From Eledone cirrhosa (taxonomy: Eukaryota), in assembly GCA_964016885.1 (NCBI GenBank), contig OZ024740.1, forward strand, positions 286,254,001 through 286,318,000: a stretch of DNA of 64,000 bases. The letters run 5' to 3'. The notes below the pieces were generated by a model. It ran no database searches and was not told where the DNA came from. It worked only from the letters and a program-made list of their open reading frames with translations. Of the stretch, positions 51,783-64,000 are shown one piece after another. The translations under genes were made by a program, and so were the position numbers. Numbering within the stretch: the stretch's first letter is position 1; each line of letters opens with the position of its first letter.

Positions 51783-51853
51783 TATTTTATCTGATGAGAA
51801 CGCAAATATCATCCCATGATGATATTTGTTTTTGAAATGCGCATAATAAAATG
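51783..51853 (+). ncRNA. Minimal type-I hammerhead ribozyme, intact core (inverted copy)
   Basis: Same motif as 49747-49817, on the plus strand. Confidence 0.8.
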
Positions 51854-51892
51854 CATGAAACTCTTTTAACCATCTTTCGATTTTATATTATA

Positions 51893-52332
51893 TATATAGG
51901 CATACGTCAAGACGGGCGGTCTCAAAAGTGAAACTAATTTTTGACAGTCTTGTTTGTATTTTTACAACAGGTCTCAATAGTGAAAGTATAATGCAGACAC
52001 ACGCAATTGTATGGATTTCTTAATATATATATATGTGTGTTTGTGTGTATATATATGTGTGTTTGTGTGTATATATATGTGTCTGTATATATATATATAT
52101 GTGTATGTATATATATATATTTATGCACACATACAAATGTGTATGTGTGCATAAATATATATATACATGCATATATATATATATACAGACACATATATAT
52201 ATATATACAGACACATATATATACACACAAACACATATATACACACAAACATATATATACGTCTAAACCCATGCTTGCGTGGAAGATAGACGTTAAACGA
52301 TGATGATGACACAAACACATATATATATACAA

Positions 52333-52363
<31 letters not shown>

Positions 52364-52527
52364 CATACACACACACATATATATACACACCCACACATAT
52401 ATATATATCAAGAAATCCATACAATTGCGTGTCTCTGCATTATACTTTCACTATTGAGACCTGTTGTAAAAAAACAAACAAAACTGTCAAAAATTAGTTT
52501 CACTTTTGAGACCGCCCGTCTTGACGT

Positions 52528-52540
<13 letters not shown>
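51893..52540. repeat. Inverted repeat (~125-bp arms) around mirrored TG/CA microsatellites
   Basis: 51899-52021 is the reverse complement of 52410-52532 with a few mismatches. Confidence 0.85.
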
Positions 52541-52591
<51 letters not shown>

Positions 52592-52675
52592 AAGTTATAT
52601 TTAAAATTGTTGGGTTACAACTAGTAAACATTTATAACTGATATAAAAGCACTCGACAAATATTTGGAGTATATT

Positions 52676-53085
52676 TACAATATTAAATAAATGGAAAACT
52701 ATATTTATAAAACCATATCTATTTCATTATATATATTTCGGGGATATCATATTAACAATATGCTATGCCTTCATCAGACAAAATACAATATAAACAGTTT
52801 TATAGATAAATATATTCGACATACCGTAATAAACATCAACTTCATTTGGAGAGGTTTACGCTAGCAGTAAAATTTATGTTTATGCTAGCGTTTATGCTAG
52901 CGTAAACCTCTCCAAATGAAGTTGATGTTTATTACGGTATGTCGAATATATTTATCTATAAAACTGTTTATATTGTATTTTGTCTGATGAAGGCATAGCA
53001 TATTGTTAATATGATATCCCCGAAATATATATAATGAAATAGATATGGTTTTATAAATATAGTTTTCCATTTATTTAATATTGTA
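52676..53085. repeat. Perfect palindrome (191-bp arms, 28-bp spacer)
   Basis: 52676-52866 is the reverse complement of 52895-53085. Confidence 0.9.
52976..53041 (+). ncRNA. Minimal type-I hammerhead motif in palindrome arm (mirror copy at 52720-52785, minus strand)
   Basis: UAUUUUGU-CUGAUGA-imperfect stem II (CAUAUU/AAUAUG)-GAAA-UAUAUA-UA-AUGAAAUA. Confidence 0.65.
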
Positions 53086-53411
53086 TATATATATATATAT
53101 ATTTCGTTTCTGAATTTGTTTAGCAAGATTCTTTATCTGAAAACGTGTGTTGAAACCGATATTGTTATACTTTGGGAGGGTCATGTTGCCAATAAGAAAC
53201 ACACGTACCATATGTTTCACTTCAATTTATTATAATAAATTTATAAATTTAGGAATTTATAAATTTTCGGTTGGTTGGTTGGTTCCACAACCAGATGGTT
53301 GTTTAGATATTGTCAAAGTTCTTTCGTCACACATTCTGTGACCTCTTCAGAGATTGGGGATTCTTTTCTTTGTTTTTGTGCCTCTCCTTTGTTCTGTCCT
53401 ACGCCATCACC

Positions 53412-53930
<519 letters not shown>

Positions 53931-54436
53931 ATATTTACACGTTGCACACTACAGCCGCCTTAACTCTGGAATACAACCCACACAAAACGGACCTCGTAAC
54001 AGCATCGAGTTCTTCGAACGGCACGTAGACTAACCTAACTATGTCGAGGTGAATGGGCGTTCATTAATGCCTATAAGGGAAGAAGAGCCTAAAGTAAACA
54101 TTATGTATGCTTCCAAGTGAAAGTTGAATTGTAATGCAAGAGAACCACTCATGATTGATGGAATTACGATTTTGAGATTGCTTGCGTTAGATGTCCTGTT
54201 TTACTTACATACAGGAATTGCAAAATTTACATCTGATACAATATACGAGATACAACCAAAAATGTTCACTGACATGGAATTGAGCTTTGATATCAAACCG
54301 CCCCTAGTTCCATGATACAAAACTTAATTTCAAAGTGTTTATATTTATCTAAAAACTTTCCTTCATAATTTTATGAACCTTTATTTCATGCTCCAAACAT
54401 CAACGAGAAAGATAGTTATATGACTAAATCCTTCCA

Positions 54437-54780
54437 GTGTGCTGGCTTGCCTCAAAAGTAATTAGAGAGGTCGCCTAGTACCCCTCGCTGCTGTCTTTTG
54501 CTCTAGTGTTGACTCGGTTGTTCACTCCTTCCTTTACATTTTCTTTATTGTTTTAAACGAGGATTTGTTTGTTTGTTTTTTTTTAGTACTGTTTGGTATT
54601 CCTTCTTAAGTTTCCACAGTTTTCCCCCCTCTCTTCTTTTATTTAAACATTGCCTTTCTCCCTTCCCTTCCCCTAAACCTTTTCCTTACTTTCGTTATTT
54701 AATATTTTTCCCTCTTTCTTTTTGTTATTGCAAACATTATATAACCGAATTGAAATTTGTCGAATAAATTCTAATTATAT
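54437..54780 (+). mobile_element. CRE-like 3' terminal fragment
   Basis: 54437-54505 is a diverged reverse complement of 55722-55790. Confidence 0.55.
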
Positions 54781-55469
54781 ATAATTTTTGATTATTTTCA
54801 AATTAGTAGTAAACCATAGCTAGCGTCTTTCATTAGAAATATGTTAATAAAAAATTCGTTGTACAATTATAGTTGTGTGGATCTTGAAAATGGTTGCACA
54901 GGCCGTTAACATTTTCGAAAGATAGGAGTTCTAAGGTGGGTAAGAGAAAAGGAAATATAAGTTGTGGAGACGAGTAACCAATGTTGGCACAAGACCAGCA
55001 ATGTTGAAGGGTTGGGAAAGTGGATTATATCAACATAGTACTCGACCTCGGAAGGAGGAAAGGCAGATAACGAAAAGGATAGTTACGTTTGGGATTCACT
55101 TTATCGGTAAGTTTTCTTATTCTATAGATTAATAAAACCATTGTCACATAGACAAATTAATAACAAATTTATAGCTGAGAACTGTTTATCGCTTAAAAAT
55201 GTATTACTTCTGAGATGCAATAGATCATAGCATGTGAAAATGCTATATTTAATGCACAGAACATTAAAAATCATGTCTGGGGCTCTACTTTTCCAGAGAA
55301 AAAGTTATGACATGGCAAAAAACTATGAAGGTTAAGATTAGATTATCACTTCTTTTTCGACAAATATAAAAGACAACTCTGCTAGTGTTGAGCATCCACA
55401 GCTTAGACATGTTCTCGCCTTATTTTCGAACGAATTGTGGGTTTTTTTTTTAGGATTATATTATAATAA

Positions 55470-56590
55470 TTTATTTACAGTTGTATAAATAACATTACAA
55501 ATTGTTTATGACTCTTTACAGAATGAAAATATAAATAAATACAATTTATATACAAAGCTTATAAATAAATTTACAGTAGAATAACATAACAAATGTGTTT
55601 TAAATATATATACATGACTAACACTACAAATGCTTAAGTAACATTATAAATTGCTCGCGATTCTTTCAGAAGGATATATTCCTTTAATGTTGCAATATTA
55701 AAGAAAATATAAAGGAAGGGTGAGCAAAAGACAGCAGCGTCGCGAGGAGTACTGGGCAACCTCTAATGATTTTTGAGGCAAGCCAGCACACTCGCAGCGT
55801 TGCCTTGGGTGATGGTGAGGCTGATGCGCTGGAACAACCAAGCGCCCTCACGGGATTCGCCAATTACCTCTATTAGGCGAGCCGCAGTGAAGAGAGGAAA
55901 CTCGCAGTCAGCAGCCCGACTCCCCCAAACGTCTCGAAAGTCACAGGCTGGCCTACAGATCACTGTATTTGAAGGTCTTGCTCCGCTCAGCTGCGGCAGC
56001 TGTGGTTCTCGTTCTAACCGTAGCATCTAGGATGTGGGAAGAAGCAAAGGAATCACCAACAGTGACGTCTCAGACAAGGCACCCGCCTCTCAACCAGGGT
56101 AAGGCCGTCAGGTCTTTTGCCGTCATTTCTGGACAACCCAAATGGTTCCAACATTGAGGGTATGTTCGCCCGGGCCAAAGCTCTCTTGAGGATGAGGTTT
56201 AGTTCCGTGTGACGCGCGAAGCGGCCGGCATTCAAGCGGCAAGAAAGACCGTGGAGTCGAGGAGTTTACCGCATCGATACCTGAAACCCATGCAGACGTC
56301 AGCTCCCACTCTGAGGGCGATGGAGACACGAAGTTCGTCCAGGCTGAGTAGGCCACCAACGTTAGCCACGGGTAGGGCATCAACCCAGTCACCTGAGTAT
56401 TTGGCGCTGGCAGATAGTGTGGGGCTGCTGCGAGATAGAGGGGGGGGGGTCTAGAGCTACCGTGGGAGGGGGATTGCCGGATGTTGGGGGACGCCTGACC
56501 GGAAGCAGGAGGACGGGGGCGACTCGAGGGACCAGGCCCTCGAAGGTGACGGACGCAAGCGGAAAGTACCCCCACGTGGACCAGAGAGAC
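55470..56590 (-). mobile_element. CRE-like non-LTR retrotransposon 3' portion
   Basis: [37 protein letters not shown] and REGAWLFQRISLTITQGNAASVL. Confidence 0.88.
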
Positions 56591-56619
56591 GCAAGGTAAG
56601 TTTGAATGCCTCCGGCTAC

Positions 56620-58860
56620 AAGCTATTTCGGCGTTTAATGAAATTTCCCATCTTTCTGCATTTTTCTCCCGGCACGGCAGCCCTTTAGTTTAGCTTCTTT
56701 TTTTTTTGTTCTCTTTCGTGGGGTATCGTTGTTGATTTTTTTTCCGATCTCGCAGGAGAGACGGCAGCGAAACTGAGATTGAATAGCGAGACGATCAAGG
56801 CTTTTAACGGCGAAGGAGATGTGGCCTGGTTGAGAAAGGTCACATTGGTCGCCTCGCTGCAAGGCATTGACAACGTTACTGGTTTGATCGCTCTATATCT
56901 CGACGGGGATGCCCTAGCACTGTTCCTCGAGATGGATGAGATAGACCAACTGAACGCGGAGAGGATAGGGCAGCGACTTAAGGAAGCGTTCATCGAGGGG
57001 CCGTACGCTGCTTTTGCCAAGCTAGGCTGAGCGAGATGGAAGGGAGAGCACGTGGATGTGTTCGCGACAGAGTTACGGCGTTTGGCTACGTTGGCCGGAT
57101 TCGCGGTAGAACGCGAATGTGCCGTCCGATTGGCTTTTATGAACGGGTTCCCCGACGAAATCTCCGTGAAGCTCCAACAGCTGCCCGGCAACAGGGAGAT
57201 GAGCATGAGCGAGCTCATCGCACAGGCCCGCGTAATAACACAGGACATGAGGTGGAGTATTGCAGCGACGGAAGCCCATGGCAGTCGACAGCGACTGACG
57301 TATGACGAAAGGAGGCCAGCCGCTGTGAATAGTCGTCCGCGAGCGTTCGGAGGCAGGTGCCAGGGCTCGCACATGGCAGAGAGCGGAAGCCAGCTATAGT
57401 CTGGTATCGTTGCAAGCGACCAGTCCACCATCGCAAATAATTGCGACCATGGAAATGATCTAAGGAGGGGCTACTGCGCCGGTAGCGACCCCTGAAGGCG
57501 AGTAGAGGCGCCTTTGCAGTCGCTGCCCGTAGTGAAAGTGTTGGTGGAAGGGAAGCCATCGCGAGCACTCGTGGACACGGGTTGCACGACAACACTAGTG
57601 ACCACGGAGGTGGTTAAAAAGTGGAGCGGGATGAGCAGTATAAGGGCAGTCGACGGCAGGGACATTAGATGCAGAGGTACCAGCGAGGTGTCGATGGTGG
57701 TACGGGGAAGAGCAATTAGGCTTCGGGCGATTGTGATTGACCAGGTGATGGACGGAATCGATGTAGTAATGGGCATGGACACGATTGGCTGCCTTAAAAT
57801 CGGCATATCTGCAGTTACACGTGGATGAGAAGCTGTGAAAATATCAGCTGGTCAGGTATAAGGGCCAGACATACTGCCTGACCGGGCTTGGCTTCAGGTT
57901 GAACTCTGCGCCAAAAGTCATGGCGACGGTCCTCCAGGCCATTCTGGGGGAAAGCGGACAAGAGGAAGAGGGCCACCAACTCCTACATCGACGACATCTT
58001 GGTGGACGAGTCGGTGGTGTCAGCAGCAGAAGTCTCAGGCCACTTGGGAAGGTTCGGGCTGACCGCGAAACCGCCGGAGGCGACGGAAGGAGGAGCCGCG
58101 CTAGGACTCAGGCTGCAAAGGGATAAGACGGGCACACTCGTGTTTCGGAGGGGTAATGAAGTCTCGGAACTGGGACCCGATATGAATAGACGGGAACTCT
58201 TCTCAATGTGTGGTAAATTGTTGGGTCACTATCCGATCGCAGGGTGGCTCCAGATGGCATGCAGCTATGTCAAGAGACGAGCAGACGGAGTGAGCTGGGC
58301 TGACAGGGTTGGAGAGAGGACAGTAGCCATGATGCAGGAAATCGGGGAGAGGGTAAAGGCGAATGACCCAGTGAAAGGACGCTGGTACGTCCCCAAATCG
58401 GCGAGCGGAACCGTATGGTGTGATGCCAGCAGCATAGCGCTAGGGGTCACTCTGGAGATAGGGGGCGTCGAGGTCGAGGACGCAGCCTGACTCAGGAAGA
58501 AGGAGGACTACAGCCACATCAACGTGGCCGAACTGGATGCTGTGCTGAGAGGGGTGAATCTCGCCCTGAGATGGGGGTTGCGCATCATAGAAATCGGCAC
58601 TGACTCGGCCACTGTACTCGGATGGGTGAGATCAGTGCTTACCAGTGAGAGGAGGGTGCAAACGAGAGGGGCAGCAGAAATGTTGATAAAGCGCCGCCTG
58701 GGAACTCTGGGAGAGCTGTCCACTGAGTTCGGCCTGGAGTTGAGTGTGGTTTTTGTGCCCTCAGAGAAAAGCAGGGCAGACGTATTAACCAGAGTGAAGA
58801 AATCCTGGCTGGAAACACCAGGGGACGCAGAGAAGGGGATAGCGGCAGTATGTCGGCTGA
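56620..58860 (+). mobile_element. LTR-retrotransposon internal region: gag, protease, partial RT and RNase H
   Basis: Gag-like ORFs at 56779-57399; ALVDTGC protease; SYIDDILV; WCDASS...HINVAELDAV...TDS...ADVLTR. Several stops and an RT deletion. Confidence 0.85.
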
Positions 58861-60805
58861 GTGATTCGGTGGTCGACAAGGGCAGATATTTGAAGATGCA
58901 AGTCGCAAATTCGGCAGAAAGAGTATCCAACGATTGGAGTGCAGGTTGGTCTGCAGCTAAACGACCTAAGTCGATCTCCTAGGATGACGAGATGGAGCTG
59001 ATTGGCAAACGTGACAATGCGTCTGCAGCTATGTTATACAGGCCAGCAATGTGCTGGATATCATTTGTAAATTGCGAAACGTAATCCAGGTGCCTTGTCT
59101 CTCTGGGCGAATATCTGTCGGCTTTAGCCCTCAACGCGAAGGTCAGAGATTTGTGCTCGGTTAAAACAGTAAAATTTCTCCCCTCAAGAATGTGAGAGAA
59201 ATGTTTCACCGACAGATATATGGCTAATAATTCCCGCCCAAACGTGCTGTAACGCGTTTCTGCTGGTTTCAGCTTCCTCGAGAAAAATGCCAAAGGTTGT
59301 TGGTTTCCAGCGTTGAACTGCTGTAAAACTGCTCCCACAGCGGTATAAGATGCATCAACACAAAGCGAAAGCTTGGCCTCTGATACCGGGTGGGCTAGCA
59401 AAGATGAACTAGCGAGCGCTGTCTTGGCAGCCTGGAAGTCTTGAAGCTGTCCTTGTGTCAAGGAAATATCCTCATTCTTCTTAAGACGATTTTTCAAAAT
59501 GTCAGTAAGGGAAGATAGCAAATTAGCACAATGAGGAACGAAACGCCTATAGAAATTGATTAGGCCTAAGAAGTGACGCAACTGGTGAAGTGTAGTAGGC
59601 GGAGGTAAATCTTGTATGGCTTGAACTCGCTGAGGGAGCGGCCTAATACCTTCGGCGTCGATGAGGTGGCCTAAAAAATTTAGCGAAGTGGAACCGAAAA
59701 CACACTTTGCGGGATTCACACGAACGCGGTAATCCTGAAGTCGCCAAAATAAGAGATGCATGTGGCGCATATGCTCTTCCGGAGAGGAACTAGCGACGAG
59801 AATATCGTCTATGTAAGCATAAACGAAGTCCAGACCACGAGTGACTTCGTCTATGAACCGCTGAAAAGTGGTAGCGGCGTTCCTGAGTCTGATAGGCATG
59901 GTAAAAAATTCGAAGGATCCGAAAGGAGTTGTAATTGCCGTTTTCGGAATATCCCCCTTCCTGACCGGAATTTGGTGGTAGGCTCGCACTAAATCTAGTT
60001 TTGAGAAAATCTTACACCCCCTGCAATGAAGATGCGAAATCCTGGAGATGGGGAATGGGATACCTATCCGGGACGGTCATAGCATTTAACCTTCTATAAT
60101 CCCCAGTGGGTCTCCAGTCGCCGGAAGTCTTGGGCACCATGTGTAACGGTGAAGCCCAAGGGCTCGTAGATGAGCGAATAATGCCCAGCTGCAGCATATG
60201 GTCGAACTCGGACCGTGCTGCCTTTAATTTGTCCGCCGGTAAGCGGCGTGGACGCGAAAACACTGGAGCACCGGTGGTGGAAATGAAATGTTCAGTTGAG
60301 TGTGTTGGCTCAGTGACTCGAAAATTTCCATCGGTGAGCTCCGGGAAAGAACCTAACAACGAATGGTAGGCGTCTCCAGCGGCAGCGATGAAGAATATGG
60401 GGCTGACTGTTGGAGCATTGGCTTTCTGGCCACGAATTGAGAAACCGGTGATGTCATCCACCAGGCGTTGGCCACGGACGTCCACAGTCAAAGAGAAGTT
60501 GTGGAGGAAATCCGCTCCTAAGATAGGGTATGGCAAATCGGCAACCGTAAAAATCCACTTAAAATCCCTACGAAGATTTAGGAATTTGAGAGGAAGTGAG
60601 ATTTGCCCGTACGTCTTTATAGACGAGTGATTAACGGTCTGCAGAGTAACGGATGACTCTACGGGGGTATCTTTCAGGCAATGGACCAGCCGAATACTAC
60701 AGGAGGCTCCTGTATCCACGAGGAAATCTTTTCCCGACCTAAGGTCCTTAATGAAGAAATGGCGGTTTGGTGGCTTTATGTTGAGACAGAATTGCTTCGC
60801 GTTCT
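58860..60805 (-). mobile_element. Gypsy pol fragment (protease, RT, RNase H), CsRN1/Kabuki-like
   Basis: [46 protein letters not shown] and ADALSR; one frameshift in a G run near 60016. Confidence 0.92.
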
Positions 60806-60839
60806 CAAATATATAGTCCCCAGGGTGACGCAACTCCAT

Positions 60840-61170
60840 TTAGTACATAAGAAAAAAACAAAAAAACAAAAATACACACAAGTAGGTAATACACACATCT
60901 AGTACCACATACAACAAAAGGCAGGCGAAAGGGGTGGACAAACGAACCACTGCCAGAGCAAAAGATAACAATGTCACGAGGAGCACTGGGAAACCTCTCT
61001 AATAATTCTTGAGGCAAGCCAGCACGCTCACAGCGTTACCTCGGGTGATGGCGAGGCTGACGCGCTTGAACAGCCATGCGCCTTCACGAACATCACCAGT
61101 TACCTCGGTTAGGCGAGCTGCCAATGATGGCAAGAAATTTGTAGTTAGCAACACAACTCCTCCTATGTTC
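60840..61170 (-). mobile_element. CRE-like 3' end
   Basis: FLPSLAARLTEVTGDVREGAWLFKRVSLAITRGNAVSVLACL. Confidence 0.8.
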
Positions 61171-62149
61171 CAAATACCAACTTAATAGTGAGAAAGTTAG
61201 TTAGCAGTTTATTTCATGGTGACAAAGGAGTTAAATTCACATCTACTCTGATCAAAAGCCCTCTAGCCGCAACCATCCCTTAGTTGTTTTTTTTATAGAT
61301 AATAATCGTAGTTTTTTTTTGTTTTTTTAACTTTTTTGTCAGAGAAAGAAAGATAATGAGCATGGCTGTTTTTAGGGCCTCCGATACTGGTGTAGGGAAC
61401 CAGGAAAGTATCCTCAAACTGGAGACCTGGCCCGAATGCTTGTGACAGAGTCGATGGACTCTGTTAAGTGCACCCAAGGAGCAGTAGGTGGTGTTAGACT
61501 GAGCAATGAATTAAGTCTTAACAATTCAGTCAATCCACTATATTATCGATCCCAAGAGGACGAAAGGCGGAGTTAACCATAACAGGATTTGGACTCAGAA
61601 AGCCGAAACAAATTGCGCTCTAACGACTGCTAATTCACCGTCTGAATATGTTATTCCCTTTCTTTAATGTAGTTTGAGGGAGATCTGGCTACTATTTTTA
61701 ATAGGTCGAACGACCACGTAGGCTCCCCTGTTGGAAGATACCATAAGAGGATAAAGCATCAGGATGAGTACTATATAGCACTTCTGGAAACCTAACAAAA
61801 TTGAGCTTACTCCTTACATATAGCATGAAGAAAGATATACTGACCCATGCAGGATACACCCAGAGCTGGCGCTACCATTAGGACAACTAGGCAGCCACTT
61901 AGGGCACAGACCTCGGTGTGACGCATTACTGAAGCTTAAAGGATCAGTTTCATACAAATGTGTATAATTAACATAATTTCCTGCGATCAATAAACAAATT
62001 ACTAAACATCTTTCCCGCGTAGCAGCTTTGTGGACATATCCAAAGCCGTGGAGATGATCGTATGATCTCTAACATGATTTGGCGTAGAAGAGTGTGGACT
62101 GTATAGTAGAAAATGCACTCTTAGTAATTTTCTTAGTGTGGTCAGAGCA

Positions 62150-62337
62150 GGGCTGGATTAATAATTCAGCAAAATATTCACAAGCTTAGGGTATCAAAGG
62201 AAGAGGGGCATCATTTTATTCAAATTAAATGTATTTGTAATCCCCTCCAAAATTTTTTTGGCAGACTGTATATATGGGGGTAGGGTATCATAGGTTTTGA
62301 ATTGCTTAGGGCATCGTAAAGACTTAATCCAGCTCTG
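62150..62337. mobile_element. hAT-type MITE
   Basis: cagggctggattaa...ttaatccagctctg ends, with near-duplicate 8-bp flanks ggtcagag and gggcagag. Confidence 0.65.
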
Positions 62338-62889
62338 GGGCAGAGCAGACTAAAAAAGTGGTTTGTCAGTAGATGCACTGCACGAAGTCCTGATTAGTTA
62401 ATTATAAGACTTAACATAACAATATGGGTACCAATAAAGATGTCTCAATTTCTAAAGTACGTCTGCATTCATATAGATGACTCATAGGTGTCAATTAGTA
62501 TGTAGTTTTTGATAAGGAGTTATAAAAATCCTGTAAAATGTCTATTTTGAAGTGTAGCTATTATATGAGGAAAATCAGAAAGCTAAAGATACAGTGCATT
62601 AAATAATGAGTGTAGTATCCAATGAAATGGATCAATCAAAGGCAAAACATTATTTACAGAGAGCGTGTTCAATGGAGAAAGTAAATCCATTTCTCTTGTG
62701 TGTCCGAAGGAATGGGGAGTCGATTCTACAGAATTGGCTACGAGGAAAACTATCTAGTAATTAGTTTTTTTTTATCGTTTTATTTCAAAATTTCAGAAAT
62801 AGAATAAATTTTATGCAGGCAATGTCCCATTTCAAATAGAAACATTAAATAATAATTATCTGATGGATAGCGAACTAAGTAGATAGATA

Positions 62890-64000
62890 TCTTTCTTTGT
62901 TTGCCACAGAGGCGTACAAAAATGGGACATTACAAGACGTGACGGCGGGGGTTTTACATAAAACCTTTAACAATAATAAATAACAATAAACTATATAAAA
63001 TAAAACAATTGAAATCACCATTAGGGGGGGGGGGGAGTAACGCTACTGCGGAGTTGTTTTACACCCCGTGGATAGAACAACCCTCAACACCAGGAACACG
63101 TTTTGTAGGTGGTCCCGTCTTCCCTCTGTTTATCTTCCTCAACCTACAGGTTTATATACAGAGAAGGCCCATTCACCCGGGCCATTTTCGTCACATTCAC
63201 CCACTTTTCAGCGAATTTACTGGGGTGTAGCACCTCTCTCTCCACTCTCACCTTCCTTCTGAAGTGGTGCTTAAAGAAGGGGATGAGTTGTTGTCCAGAG
63301 AGAAAGGTGTTTGCCCTCAGTCCTTTTAACCTCGTCCACCATATTACTTCTTTCGCCATAACCACCAGACAGAGGAAGACCGCCTTTCCTTCATTCTTAA
63401 ATGAAGGCGGCGGGGTGATCCTCACGATGGACTCGGCTGACAACTGGATGCGTCCCACACGTGACAGTAGCTGTTCGACATAATTCCACAGGCCGGTCAC
63501 CCCTGGGTACTGAACAATTGCGTGCAGAACGGTTTCGATGTCCTGCTCGCATCTTGGACAGGTCCTTTTGGCAGGATCTCTGCCAGGGCGTCCGTGCCTG
63601 TAGATTTTGTCTCGAACTGGTAGAGCTCCTCGGTAGCACTGCCAAGCCAGAGACCTCTGGAAGTTATCCATAGGCCCTGGACAGAAAGTCCTCCCGAACA
63701 GACTGGTCAGTTCGTCTTTCTCGATGCCTAGAGTTTCCCCGAGAACGTCGTCACTCTTATCCTCCACTAATCCCCTATAGAATGTCGAAGTGGAGTCTCC
63801 GCTGATTGCCGTTTCCACTTGGTAGAGGGCTGTGAGCGCCTGAAGGCACTCGAGGTGCCAGGCGCCCATTTTCGGTCTTCGCTTGACCCAGGACTGCAGC
63901 TCTATTCGTGAGACGAGTTGTGGAAGAGCTCGTCTTACAAACGACAGCCACACCGGTTCGCCAGTCAGGATCACTTGGAGATGGCGTAGCTTCAGCGCAT
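62890..64000 (-). mobile_element. L1/Tx1-clade LINE 3' end; ORF2 C-terminus at 63144-64000 runs off the window
   Basis: SLAWQCYRGALPVRDK and a CPRC...ETVLHAIV zinc-binding motif; the frame is uninterrupted. Confidence 0.85.

Larger units (their letters stand above)
49625..51890 (-). mobile_element. Penelope-like element, 5'-truncated, with inverted pseudo-LTR
   Basis: GIY-YIG ORF flanked by ~430-bp near-identical inverted repeats (about 49710-50150 and 51463-51890), each carrying a hammerhead motif. Confidence 0.88.

Noticed and set aside
56685-58930. Long antisense ORFs (248, 140 and 126 aa)
   Set aside because: They are shadow frames of GC-rich retrotransposon coding sequence; only 58860-58930 continues the minus-strand pol.
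55470-61170. One CRE element split by Gypsy insertions
   Set aside because: Both flanking pieces contain the same C-terminal region and have different 3' UTRs, so they are separate copies.

Overview
This is AT-rich, repeat-saturated animal DNA. The SINE and LINE repertoire looks like an octopod cephalopod, which is an inference from repeat families only. I found no intact host gene, rRNA, tRNA or CRISPR array. Most of the window is decayed transposable elements: RTE-type LINEs with a PHD-like finger, two tRNA-derived SINE families, CRE- and Tx1-like LINE ends, two Gypsy-type fragments, Helitron and hAT relics, several MITE families and a young Penelope-like element. Four observations stand out. 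(1) A 2.8-kb LTR element at 5320-8108 has a 4-bp TSD and a PBS but no gag/pol, and instead carries a tightly packed run of small unknown ORFs with a TAATG stop-start junction. (2) Six minimal type-I hammerhead ribozyme motifs from four different Penelope-type repeats are present, two with unusually long stem II. (3) Long inverted repeats and palindromes cluster at 49.7-53.9 kb. (4) Scattered exon-like minus-strand segments with stop codons may belong to an eroded gene or lncRNA. All calls were made by eye; boundaries of decayed elements are approximate.
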